DNA of 64,000 nucleotides from Candidatus Neomicrothrix sp. UBA6944. GTDB taxonomy: Bacteria; Actinomycetota; Acidimicrobiia; Acidimicrobiales; Poriferisodalaceae. The notes below the pieces were generated by a model, which worked only from the letters and a program-made list of their open reading frames with translations, searched no databases and was not told the origin of the DNA. The stretch covers positions 22,179 through 86,178 of the forward strand of contig DJZU01000095.1 of the NCBI GenBank assembly GCA_002448715.1. The letters run 5' to 3'. Shown one piece after another: positions 46,438 through 55,535 of this stretch (position 1 is the stretch's first letter; each line of letters opens with the position of its first letter). The position numbers were made by a program, and so were the translations under genes.

Positions 46438-47121
46438 ATGGCACCTGAGAGCTCGACCCTAAAGAAAGGGTCTCGTGTTGTAGTCATCACTGATCTGCCT
46501 GGCGTTTCTGCCGGCACCACTGGCAGAGTCGGTCGATCAATCGGTGTCAAAACAACCCGCTACCGGGTCAAGTTTGACAATGGCGTTGATGTCTTGTCCG
46601 TTGCTGAAGGAAAACTCGTCTCAACAGCGGCCTGGGAATTCCTTAAACAAGGTCAAATCGGTGACGGTCCCAAGATAAGCCAAGGAGCGGTTCCCGCCGC
46701 GGTTCCCGTCGGAGCCGCCCCGGCTCAGGCTCCACCACCTGCGACACCTCAACCGGCTCAAACACCACCTGAGACAACTCCCCCTGACCCACCCACCGCA
46801 AAAGAGCCCGAAGCTCAGGCTGCTACTGACTCCGGAGACACAAGCGAGGATCCTCGCCTCGCCGCTCTGACTGCCAAATCGCGAGGCGCTCGCAAGGCGG
46901 CAGGTATTGACGTCGACGCCGAAGACAGTGCTGCACCTGACACTCAAACGGATGCGCAAGCAGATGCGTCGGAAGACGAGGTCGACGAGCCGGAGACCGT
47001 GACCGCTAACGCTTCAGAGGTGGAGTCAGACTCGGGGCCCTCACTGCCTGATCTGCCAGACGGCTACTATCCATCCGATAACCGAATTGCTGACCTACTC
47101 GCTTCTGTCAAACAGGGTTAG
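46438..47121 (+). CDS. Hypothetical protein: small N-terminal beta-rich domain plus a Pro/Ala/Thr-rich and acidic disordered tail
   Basis: 227-aa ORF. Residues ~85-215 are low complexity (APAQAPPPATPQPAQTPPETTPPDPP..., DAEDSAAPDTQTDAQADASEDEVDEPE). Confidence 0.5.
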   Translation: MAPESSTLKKGSRVVVITDLPGVSAGTTGRVGRSIGVKTTRYRVKFDNGVDVLSVAEGKLVSTAAWEFLKQGQIGDGPKISQGAVPAAVPVGAAPAQAPPPATPQPAQTPPETTPPDPPTAKEPEAQAATDSGDTSEDPRLAALTAKSRGARKAAGIDVDAEDSAAPDTQTDAQADASEDEVDEPETVTANASEVESDSGPSLPDLPDGYYPSDNRIADLLASVKQG

Positions 47122-49322
47122 TTAGCCTGCGCTCGTGGAATTGGAAAGGGCGTTGGATCCAGGAACCGTTCCAATACGTTGCCCGTGATACGTGCGACGT
47201 CGTTTTCATATCCATTGCGGGCTAGTGCCCCAAACCACGAAATCGAACCCACACTAAACACAGCGCCGCCGCCCGGGGTTTCATAAAACACCATGTCCGC
47301 CCTCACAAACGGGTCTGGGATCGGAAAAGCCACTGTGCCTTCAAATTCCTCCTTAGTGCGGAGCATGTCTGACCCAAATTCGGTAGCCGAAGCCAAGATC
47401 ACGGCATGGCCTGGTGATCCGAGACGTTGATCGTAGCGATCAACCTCTTGGCCAGCTGCTCCGCCCCCCAAGCCCGATGTCCCTATCTGCTCGTCGTCAA
47501 CACCCTCTAGGATCCACGCGGCGCGAGAAGCCTTCGCCTCTGGGCTTCTTTGATAGAAAGTCGCTTTCTCAAACCCTTGTGCAGCGAATCCGATGCCGAC
47601 GAGCTCATTCGGCGCCCTACCGTTTCTTCGCCACAGGCCTCCATACTCAGCGCCCCAAGCGTGGTAGTTCTCACCGTCACCAGTCTGCCAATTGCGAACC
47701 CCATCCTCGGCGCGCCTCAGTTCGATCGCGCCCGGCCAATGTTCGCTAAACGCGACTCTCCAATAAAAACCGTTGCCTCCTAAGTACATCAGGCGGCCCC
47801 CTTGCCTTTGCCACTCATCAAGGGCGTCAAGCATTGCCGTGGACCAGTATTCAGGGTGACTGCCAGTAACGATGACTCGGTACGGGGCTAAGGCGGCATA
47901 GCCGTCGGTATGAAGATCTTCGTCAGCGACGATGTCGTGGCCTACCTCGGCATGCAGCAAAAAAGCATTGATATCGGTATCAGGCGTAAAATTCCAACCA
48001 TCAGCACCCGGGCGTACCTGGAGAACCGGTCTGCGTCTGGAGCTGAACATTACGCCACTACCGTCGGGATGCTTTTCGTAATGACTCAGCCCGAGATCGC
48101 CGTGATCAACTAGGTATTGATGTTCTGGGCGGAGGTTTGTCCTAGCGCCGACAAAATCAGCGCCTTCAATTAGCATGCGGTGGTTTGCATACGCCATGTA
48201 AGTCGCTGACGGCACTAGTAAGGCGACTTCTGAGTGATGTGCGTTAACTGCTGGGCGCACAAAGAACGGTACGCGATCAACTCCTAGCTCCGATCGAAAT
48301 CGAAAGCAGTAGATACCGCTCGGCAATTCCGGCGGGAGGTCTATGCGGTGATTTGGTTGCCATCCGGCGTCATATAAATCGTCATGGTGGAAATGAATTG
48401 CATTCCACTCATTGGGCCCATCGCTCCATCTCTGATGGTCACCTGTCCACTGTGGGCCCGTCACTCCCCTCGTCGGCAACTGCAGCAAATGGAGGTTCGA
48501 CTCTCCGATCGCGGCGGGCACGATCGCCTCCTCCATAGCAACTTCCAACCGCCATTCGTTGACAACCGGCCCAACTCTTAGCTTGGGGTCTGCTACGCGC
48601 CCATCCCATCGCTCGCCGTTCAATCCGGCCGCTAAACGCAAAACCGGATCCTTGAATGTCAGTTCAGGTACATCCAATGTCGAAGCTTCTTCTCCTTGTT
48701 GGAGTAAGTCGCGAGCCGGTGACGCCGATCCAGGGGAACTGACGCTGACCGTAGCCACTCCACCTTCGCCGTCAATATCGATCGTCAGGAGGTACCAGCG
48801 TCTGCGCTCCAGCGGAGTCTTACGCAACGGATGCTCGACACCGCCAAATCGCCCCAAAAGTGAGGTTCCAGCGTTATAGACCTCGATGTCTGACCCTTCG
48901 CTCTCCAGCGAGATAATCACAGCATCACGTTTGAGCAACGTAGGTTGAAACCAAAGGCTTAGTGTTAAGAAAGACTCTGGTTTGCCGGTGAGTACAAGCG
49001 CTTCAGCATATGACCCTGGCACTATCGGTTGATTGATTAGGTCAATCGAAATGGTAGGAACTATCTCGCACTCGTCTTCCGAGAACCCCGGGCCGCTTCG
49101 CGTTGGATCGCCGCAGTTGAGCTTGACTACATCGAGATCCCCTGTGGTCGCCTGCAGGCTTGAACCAAACCACTCGATGGTTTCACCTGCGCGTAGGGAC
49201 CACGGCTCGCAATAACCTGTTATGAGCTTGGGGGCTGGTTCGTGGTCACTAACAGGCATTTGATGCAATTCAAAAAGCTGGTTCAGTAACTCGCGGGTCA
49301 CTTCGCTCGGTTGGCTTTCCAA
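47118..49322 (-). CDS. N,N-dimethylformamidase large-subunit-like protein
   Basis: ~734 aa. The N-terminal jelly-roll/LamG-like region and the C-terminal region (GGAAGQEVDRYD, GGGAVFSVGSISWFGAL) resemble the DMFase beta-subunit family as I recall it. The start is uncertain: TTG at 49322 or ATG at 49259. Confidence 0.5.
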   Translation of the reverse strand: MESQPSEVTRELLNQLFELHQMPVSDHEPAPKLITGYCEPWSLRAGETIEWFGSSLQATTGDLDVVKLNCGDPTRSGPGFSEDECEIVPTISIDLINQPIVPGSYAEALVLTGKPESFLTLSLWFQPTLLKRDAVIISLESEGSDIEVYNAGTSLLGRFGGVEHPLRKTPLERRRWYLLTIDIDGEGGVATVSVSSPGSASPARDLLQQGEEASTLDVPELTFKDPVLRLAAGLNGERWDGRVADPKLRVGPVVNEWRLEVAMEEAIVPAAIGESNLHLLQLPTRGVTGPQWTGDHQRWSDGPNEWNAIHFHHDDLYDAGWQPNHRIDLPPELPSGIYCFRFRSELGVDRVPFFVRPAVNAHHSEVALLVPSATYMAYANHRMLIEGADFVGARTNLRPEHQYLVDHGDLGLSHYEKHPDGSGVMFSSRRRPVLQVRPGADGWNFTPDTDINAFLLHAEVGHDIVADEDLHTDGYAALAPYRVIVTGSHPEYWSTAMLDALDEWQRQGGRLMYLGGNGFYWRVAFSEHWPGAIELRRAEDGVRNWQTGDGENYHAWGAEYGGLWRRNGRAPNELVGIGFAAQGFEKATFYQRSPEAKASRAAWILEGVDDEQIGTSGLGGGAAGQEVDRYDQRLGSPGHAVILASATEFGSDMLRTKEEFEGTVAFPIPDPFVRADMVFYETPGGGAVFSVGSISWFGALARNGYENDVARITGNVLERFLDPTPFPIPRAQAN

Positions 49323-49711
49323 TCCTCGTATGACTCGATTGGCATTTCGTCAGCCTGCCAACCGCCGAACCCGGTTTCAATATGACTGATGCGTTCCATT
49401 CCCATATCTTTAAGTGTCTTTGCAGATAGAGCTGACCTCATTCCACCGGCACAGCACAAGATGAACTCTCGATCTTCTCCAAACACTTCTTTGGTGTAAG
49501 GCGAGTCTGGCGACACCCAAAATTCCAGCATGCCGCGGGGTGCGTGCATCGCCCCTGGAATAGCGCCATCTCGCTGCATTTCACGGACATCTCGAATGTC
49601 AACGATCAGGGCGCCTTCGTCGCCAGCTCGACGAGATGCCTCTTCGGGAGAAATATTGTCAATTTCGGCTTTTGCCGCCTCGACCATTTTCTTTACTGAT
49701 TCGATCGCCAT
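49298..49711 (-). CDS. Rhodanese-domain sulfurtransferase
   Basis: Active-site loop CCAGGMRS is present. ATG 49711 is preceded by GGGAGAGG. Confidence 0.8.
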   Translation of the reverse strand: MAIESVKKMVEAAKAEIDNISPEEASRRAGDEGALIVDIRDVREMQRDGAIPGAMHAPRGMLEFWVSPDSPYTKEVFGEDREFILCCAGGMRSALSAKTLKDMGMERISHIETGFGGWQADEMPIESYEDWKANRAK

Positions 49712-49775
49712 TTTTGCCTCTCCCAAACAGTTTTGAATCGACGAAATGTTCGTCGGTTAGATAATCATTACCGAT

Positions 49776-51002
49776 CTAGCTCTGAGTGTCACTTCGTGAA
49801 CTTTCAGCCAGCAGAATCGCGTTCTCTTCCAGCGTTTGGATTTTGTCATCTGAAAGTGACAGCACTTCTCGCAATACCTCGTCGTTGTGTTGGCCAAGGA
49901 GGGGCGCTGGCGGTTCTTGGTCCGGTGGGTCATACGCACCAAATCGAATTGGAAGGCCCGTAACTTCTATGGATCCGAAGTGTGGGTCCTCCACCTTGCG
50001 GACCATGCCGCGCTCTGTGAAGTGAGGATGCCGCATTGCTTCTTCAGGACTCAAGACAGGCGCTGCCGGTAGGCGCCATTGTTCTAGGTACTGGAGGAGT
50101 TCCTGGTCAGACCCAAACTCCTGCATCCAGTTCTCCACCAAGGCGAGTAACGCCTTGGCATTTTCTACCCTGGAGTCAGATGTAGCGAAGCGCTCGTCTG
50201 TCGCTAAGTTCTCCCGGCCCATGGCTTCACACAACCTCGGCCACTGCGGTTCTAAGACCTGCAATACGATCCAACCATCGGGACCTTTGTAGGTACCTGA
50301 TGGAACTACGATACTGAACTGCCTACCTGATCGTTGTTGGCTCCACTCTCCCTTCGTGGCGCTGTGGCCCTGAACAGCAATGGAGTGCATCGCAAATAGC
50401 GGATCGACCAAGGTGACCTCGACATATTGGCCCTCGCCAGTACGTTCTCTATGGAACAAGGCGTGACCGATAGCCCCAAAGAGCGTTAAGCCAGCAGCGC
50501 AATCCGATATGGGAGATCCAGTGAATTGCGGCGCGCCGTCTGCTTCTCCAGTCAGATGCATCATTCCCGACAGCGCCTGGCCCATCAGGTCGAAGCCCTG
50601 CAGATGTGAAAGTGGGCCCGATTTACCAAATGCCGAGATGGAGGCCATGATCAGTTCGGGGTTGAGCTTTTTAAGAGTTTCCCAATCAAGCGCTCTCCGC
50701 TCGAGAACTCCAGGACCAAAATTTTCGACGACTAAGTCGCAATTAATGGCGAGTTCCCTAGCGACTTGGCAACCTTCCTCGGTACTTAGATCTAAACACA
50801 GCGATCGTTTTCCTCTGTTCTGCTGGGTGTAGTACGAAGAGGACCCCGTACCAGACACGAACGGCAAGGTGCGGCTCGGGTCACCGTGCGGCCCGTACTC
50901 GACCTTTATAACGTCGGCGCCCAATTCCGCCAACATCCGAGTAGCGCTGGGTCCGGACAGATACTGCGTAAAGTCAAGGACTCGGACATTCTCGAGAAGC
51001 AT
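49776..51002 (-). CDS. Family III CoA-transferase (second copy)
   Basis: VRVLDFTQYLSGPSAT N-terminus. 408 aa. Confidence 0.85.
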   Translation of the reverse strand: MLLENVRVLDFTQYLSGPSATRMLAELGADVIKVEYGPHGDPSRTLPFVSGTGSSSYYTQQNRGKRSLCLDLSTEEGCQVARELAINCDLVVENFGPGVLERRALDWETLKKLNPELIMASISAFGKSGPLSHLQGFDLMGQALSGMMHLTGEADGAPQFTGSPISDCAAGLTLFGAIGHALFHRERTGEGQYVEVTLVDPLFAMHSIAVQGHSATKGEWSQQRSGRQFSIVVPSGTYKGPDGWIVLQVLEPQWPRLCEAMGRENLATDERFATSDSRVENAKALLALVENWMQEFGSDQELLQYLEQWRLPAAPVLSPEEAMRHPHFTERGMVRKVEDPHFGSIEVTGLPIRFGAYDPPDQEPPAPLLGQHNDEVLREVLSLSDDKIQTLEENAILLAESSRSDTQS

Positions 51003-51078
51003 CTAAAGACCTTATGTCGGTGACCCAGATTCCGCACCCGTGTTGGCTCAGGGCTATTAGGAATGTCAGAATTTGAGG

Positions 51079-53073
51079 ATGGCGGATCTTGTGCTTGGCA
51101 TCGATGCTGGAGGGACGTTCACCGACGCGCTCCTTTACTGCAAAGAAGAGAACTCGGTTCTAGCGCGAGCTAAAACGCCTACCACCCACGACAATCTCAG
51201 CCTGTGCCTCGCTGCGGCTTTAGAAACTGTCATGGGAAAGGTGGCTGTCGCCCCATCCCAGATCTCCGTCGTGTCAGTTTCCACAACGTTGGCTACCAAC
51301 GCCTTAGTAGAGGATGGCGGACGAGCCGCGGGCCTCGTAACAATCGGCTTCAAGGAGGATGCCCTTAGTCGTGCGGGGCTTTCGCGCATCAGCGAGCGCT
51401 CACCCCACCTGAAGCTGGCTGGCGGACATTCTTCGCATGGGAGTGCCCTCCAGGATCTCGATCTCAGGCCGTTGGACGAGTGGCTAACCGAACACGACTC
51501 CAGACTCGAGGCATACGCGGTGGCTGGTTCCTTTAGCGTGCGGAACCCCGAACACGAACAACTCGCAGGTAGCTTCATTCAAAGTCGGACAGGCAAGCCA
51601 GTGACTGTCAGCCATGAGCTTTCCTCGAACTTAAACGCCCCCAAGCGCGCGACTACTGCTCTACTCAATGCCAGACTGGTGCCAATCGTCAACGAATTGG
51701 TAACCGGCGTTGAAGGCTCAATGCTGCGAGCTGGTTTGACCTCCCGGTTAATGGTGATGCGTGGTGACGGCTCGTTGGTTTCTTCTGACTTTGTTCGGGA
51801 CCGACCAATCGAGACAATTCTCTCAGGTCCTGCGGCAAGTGCTATTGGCGCGGCAGCACTCGCCGGAATCGACGACGGAGTGGTGGTAGATATAGGTGGG
51901 ACTACAACCGATGTAGTCATAATTAACGAGGGACGACCTGTCGCTGCGCCTTCGGGCGCAGTCGTAGGAGGCCACGAGACCATGGTGAGCGCTGTTCGAG
52001 CCCACACGTTTGGCATTGGTGGAGACAGCCGCATTCAGCACAACCCGCTCAGTGACGATGACTTCACAATCGGACCTTCGCGAGCAACCCCGTTGGTTGT
52101 GGCTGCAATTGAGCGGCCGTCAATTCTTAGCGCGCTCTCTCAACAACTTGAACGAGGCCGCGCCCAGGAAACCGACGGTGTATTTCTATGGCTTCGGGAG
52201 ATCGCCGGGTCGGATCGAGGCGCCTCTCGAGCCGAGAGAGATGTTCTGGCTGAATTGGCGAACTTTTCTGAGGGCGCGAGCCTCGAATCAGTCGCCCGGA
52301 CACAACTAGCGCACAACGCCATCAACAGGCTCATTAGTTCCGGCGCTGTCGGGGTTAGCGCTTTCACGCCAACGGACGCAGCGCACATACTCGAGATTGA
52401 CAACCGATATTCGGTCGATGCGGCAGTAGTTGGCGGGATTTTACTGGCGCGGCAACTCGACAGATTCGGAGTGCCTCTTGCAGTGAGTGAAGCAGACATG
52501 GCTGGTTTGGTGATCCAGCGGGTTAGAGAACGAACAGCAGAAGCGGTACTTATAGCCGCAGCGGACCACGATGCCCTTTCAGCCACAGAGCTCTCTTTGG
52601 TGTTGAAGGCGCAACGCAGTCGTGTCAGCGCCACTGATCGCTCCCCCCTTCTCAGGATGGAGCTCGGCGTGGCCGGTTCCGTTGCGCTGGTAGGCGCCCC
52701 AGCTCATTGTCTTGGGCCTGCCAACACCGAGGAGTGGAGAATTCATTCTGCGATACCCGACCATTTCGAGATCGCTAATGCTTTTGGGTCAGCTATCGGC
52801 GATATTCGCCTTGCGCATCAGATCACTGTAAGCGCTCCGCGCCGCGGTCTTTACCGGGTCCACATTGACGAACCCATCACTTTTTATGATCTGAAAGCAG
52901 CACAACAGTTCGCTGAGGAGAAGGCCGAGGCCCACTTGCGCAATGAAATGCGTTTCGCTGGCGGCCAGTCCTGCAACATCACACACAATTGGGATCTCGA
53001 GCAAGCAATAGTCGAAGAGCGGGAACTCTTTGTAGAAGCAACCCTCAAAAGCAGGGCTTTAGGTTCCCCGTAA
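51079..53073 (+). CDS. Hydantoinase/oxoprolinase (HyuA-type, ASKHA-fold) family protein
   Basis: LGIDAGGTFTD and VVDIGGTTTDV phosphate-binding motifs are present. No HyuB partner gene is adjacent. Confidence 0.7.
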   Translation: MADLVLGIDAGGTFTDALLYCKEENSVLARAKTPTTHDNLSLCLAAALETVMGKVAVAPSQISVVSVSTTLATNALVEDGGRAAGLVTIGFKEDALSRAGLSRISERSPHLKLAGGHSSHGSALQDLDLRPLDEWLTEHDSRLEAYAVAGSFSVRNPEHEQLAGSFIQSRTGKPVTVSHELSSNLNAPKRATTALLNARLVPIVNELVTGVEGSMLRAGLTSRLMVMRGDGSLVSSDFVRDRPIETILSGPAASAIGAAALAGIDDGVVVDIGGTTTDVVIINEGRPVAAPSGAVVGGHETMVSAVRAHTFGIGGDSRIQHNPLSDDDFTIGPSRATPLVVAAIERPSILSALSQQLERGRAQETDGVFLWLREIAGSDRGASRAERDVLAELANFSEGASLESVARTQLAHNAINRLISSGAVGVSAFTPTDAAHILEIDNRYSVDAAVVGGILLARQLDRFGVPLAVSEADMAGLVIQRVRERTAEAVLIAAADHDALSATELSLVLKAQRSRVSATDRSPLLRMELGVAGSVALVGAPAHCLGPANTEEWRIHSAIPDHFEIANAFGSAIGDIRLAHQITVSAPRRGLYRVHIDEPITFYDLKAAQQFAEEKAEAHLRNEMRFAGGQSCNITHNWDLEQAIVEERELFVEATLKSRALGSP

Positions 53074-53080
53074 GCGAACT

Positions 53081-54577
53081 CTACTTAGCTGCTGCGATTG
53101 CCGCATTGCGTCCAAGAGTTTGGCACTGCGGATCGGATTGGAGAATTTGGCTGCGATCTGGGGTCGGTGTGGCACAGAGCGCTGACTCCCCGAAATGACC
53201 CTCAAGGGACTTAGCGATCCCAAGAAGATTCAAATCTTCATACATGGGCCCAACGCATTGGACCCCAAACGGAAGGCCATTGCGATCTAACCCGGCGGGC
53301 AACGCGGTCACGGGGTGCCCTACTACCGTTAGGCAACTTGTCAGGCCCAACCATGCCATGTAGTTCTCAACGGGGGAATCGTCAATCTCTCTGGGATGCA
53401 ACGACACCCACGGAAACGGTGGAACGCTGACCGTGGGACAGAGTACGACGTCGACTTCATCGAATACACGATCAACGGTTTCGAATAGTTCTTTTTGGCG
53501 TCGGCGCGCTTGAGCAATCGCAAGTACTGACGTCGACAAGGCCGTCTCATAGCTGCGGAACACATTCGGATTAAACGTGTCATCAAAGGACTCGATCTCA
53601 CGGTGATATTGGGTCGCGAAGATGTCAGACCGTAGCTGCCAATCAACGTCGATCGCATCGGTTAGGTCCAGCGGTACTTGACGTATCCTGGCTCCGCGCC
53701 CTTCTAGGTATTCGATGCGTTGTGCGAAAGCCTTCCGCACGTCATCTGAAACTGGCAATCCGCCAAAATCGTCCGTAAAACCGATGTCAAGGCTATTCAG
53801 GGCAGGCGTATCGATCGCGAGGAACTGACTTGCGTCCAAGGGGAAGCTCATCGGATCCTGTCGACTGGAGCGGTCCCGCATTGCGATCGCTGCGAGTAAC
53901 AAACCCACATCGTCCACGCTTCGAGCCATGGGCCCTTGAAGGCTGTAGTTGGTTTGGGTGATGGTGCGGGCTTCGTTGGGCACTGTGCCCGGTGTGGCTC
54001 GATGACCTACGACACCACAAAAACTTGCGGGAATTCTGAGGCTCCCGCCGTGGTCAGAACCCGTCGCCAGTGGCGCCATATGGGCGGCTACTGCTACAGC
54101 TGATCCTCCAGAAGAGCCGCCACATGTCAACGAGGGTGCGTAGGGGTTTCCGGTTGCACCAAAGATTCGATTGATTGTATTTGCGCCAATGCTCATCTCC
54201 GGGATGTTCGTTTTGCCAATGACGATGCCACCGGCTGCCTTGACTCGAGCGACGATGCCCGAGTCTTCGGTCGGGACATGGTCTTTATAAAACTCTGTGC
54301 CGTAGGTGGTGACTAAACCTTGAGTGGCCTGAAGGTCTTTGATCGCTACCGGTAGCCCGTGAAGCACACCCGTGGCGGCACCTGCTTGGATTTGTGCTTC
54401 TGCAGCTCGGGCCTTATCAAGGGCATCTTCATCACATCGTCCCACCACTGCGTTCAGCGTGGGATTCAACTCGTCGATTCGTTCTAGGCAGGATTGCGTT
54501 AACTCCACAGGCGATAGCTCGCCATTGAGAATTGCCGTCCGAGCCTCGTGAGCACCGAGGTCGCAGGGCTGATTCAC
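53081..54577 (-). CDS. Amidase (amidase-signature family)
   Basis: GGSSGGSAVAVA signature and the upstream KD...T region are present. 498 aa. Confidence 0.9.
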   Translation of the reverse strand: MNQPCDLGAHEARTAILNGELSPVELTQSCLERIDELNPTLNAVVGRCDEDALDKARAAEAQIQAGAATGVLHGLPVAIKDLQATQGLVTTYGTEFYKDHVPTEDSGIVARVKAAGGIVIGKTNIPEMSIGANTINRIFGATGNPYAPSLTCGGSSGGSAVAVAAHMAPLATGSDHGGSLRIPASFCGVVGHRATPGTVPNEARTITQTNYSLQGPMARSVDDVGLLLAAIAMRDRSSRQDPMSFPLDASQFLAIDTPALNSLDIGFTDDFGGLPVSDDVRKAFAQRIEYLEGRGARIRQVPLDLTDAIDVDWQLRSDIFATQYHREIESFDDTFNPNVFRSYETALSTSVLAIAQARRRQKELFETVDRVFDEVDVVLCPTVSVPPFPWVSLHPREIDDSPVENYMAWLGLTSCLTVVGHPVTALPAGLDRNGLPFGVQCVGPMYEDLNLLGIAKSLEGHFGESALCATPTPDRSQILQSDPQCQTLGRNAAIAAAK

Positions 54578-55476
54578 GCTTCAGACCTTATGACGTCAAT
54601 GCCACTTGGATCGATGCGTCTCCCGTGAACTTCCATATTGTTGCTGTGTCCCACGTGGTGCAGAGAGAACGCTGCTTGCAAGGCGCTGTACATTCCTGTC
54701 GCGTCGACGGCTTGATTCACGCTCTGTTTTGCCAGGGTCAACCCGAAGCTGGGTCGTTTAGCTATATGCGATGCCAATTTGAGCGTTTCGGCCTCAAGGT
54801 CTGATCTCGGTACCACTTTGTTGACCATCCCACGCTCCATCAGCTCACGAGCATTCAAGGATCGGCCGGTGAAAAGCATTTCTTTCGCCAAACGAGCACC
54901 TGCCTCGAATGGGTGTGCGAAGTACTCAACGCCGTTGACGTTGAACGCAACCACCGGATCGCTAAAACTGGCGTCGTCTGAAGCCACTATCAGGTCCATT
55001 GGCCAGACCAGCATGAGCCCTCCGGCTATCACCTTGCCTTGTACCTGAGCGATGGTCGGTTTGGCAAGATTTCGCCAACGCCAGCACAGCCCCAAATACA
55101 TTTCTGCCTCTCGAGCCATGTAACCCTCTGTTCCGGCAGCATCGAAATGACATTGAGTTCCAACGGTCGGAAAGTCATCCATATCAACTTCCCCAGCCGA
55201 AAGATCATGACCTGAGGAAAAGTGCTTTCCGTCTGCTGCGAGAACAATGACTCGGATGGTGTCGTCAGCAGCCGCTACATCGAACGCTGCATTGAGTTCT
55301 GACAACATCAAATAGTCCTGGGCGTTGGCGGCCTCAGGCCGGGCGAGGGTGATTCTGGCTACTCCCTCTGCAGGCGTTTCATATCGAATTCGTTCGTAAG
55401 TCAAGGTTCGCTCCAACTGGTCTGCACCGATGGTAGGTCCAAGCTGCCTCATTAGCTGCCTCATGACTTGTTTCAC
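54574..55476 (-). CDS. Enoyl-CoA hydratase/isomerase (crotonase) family protein
   Basis: Crotonase pattern (FSSGHDL, GGLMLVWPMDL). The exact start is uncertain (GTG 55476 or ATG 55464/55452). Confidence 0.82.
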   Translation of the reverse strand: MKQVMRQLMRQLGPTIGADQLERTLTYERIRYETPAEGVARITLARPEAANAQDYLMLSELNAAFDVAAADDTIRVIVLAADGKHFSSGHDLSAGEVDMDDFPTVGTQCHFDAAGTEGYMAREAEMYLGLCWRWRNLAKPTIAQVQGKVIAGGLMLVWPMDLIVASDDASFSDPVVAFNVNGVEYFAHPFEAGARLAKEMLFTGRSLNARELMERGMVNKVVPRSDLEAETLKLASHIAKRPSFGLTLAKQSVNQAVDATGMYSALQAAFSLHHVGHSNNMEVHGRRIDPSGIDVIRSEA

Positions 55477-55535
55477 CTCTCTTCGCGCGTCACCACCACG
55501 AAACAGCTAATTTGTGATATCGAGGAGGTTGATCT

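Noticed and set aside
46700-46810. Possible DNA tandem repeat in the Pro/Ala-rich coding region
   Set aside because: This is only compositional bias (CCA/CCT/GCT-rich codons). I found no exact repeating nucleotide unit.
55442-55465. 12-nt direct tandem duplication AGCTGCCTCATT/AGCTGCCTCATG at the 5' end of the enoyl-CoA hydratase gene (encodes MRQL-MRQL)
   Set aside because: The duplication is real but tiny and in frame, probably replication slippage. It mainly creates ambiguity about the start codon and has no evident regulatory meaning.
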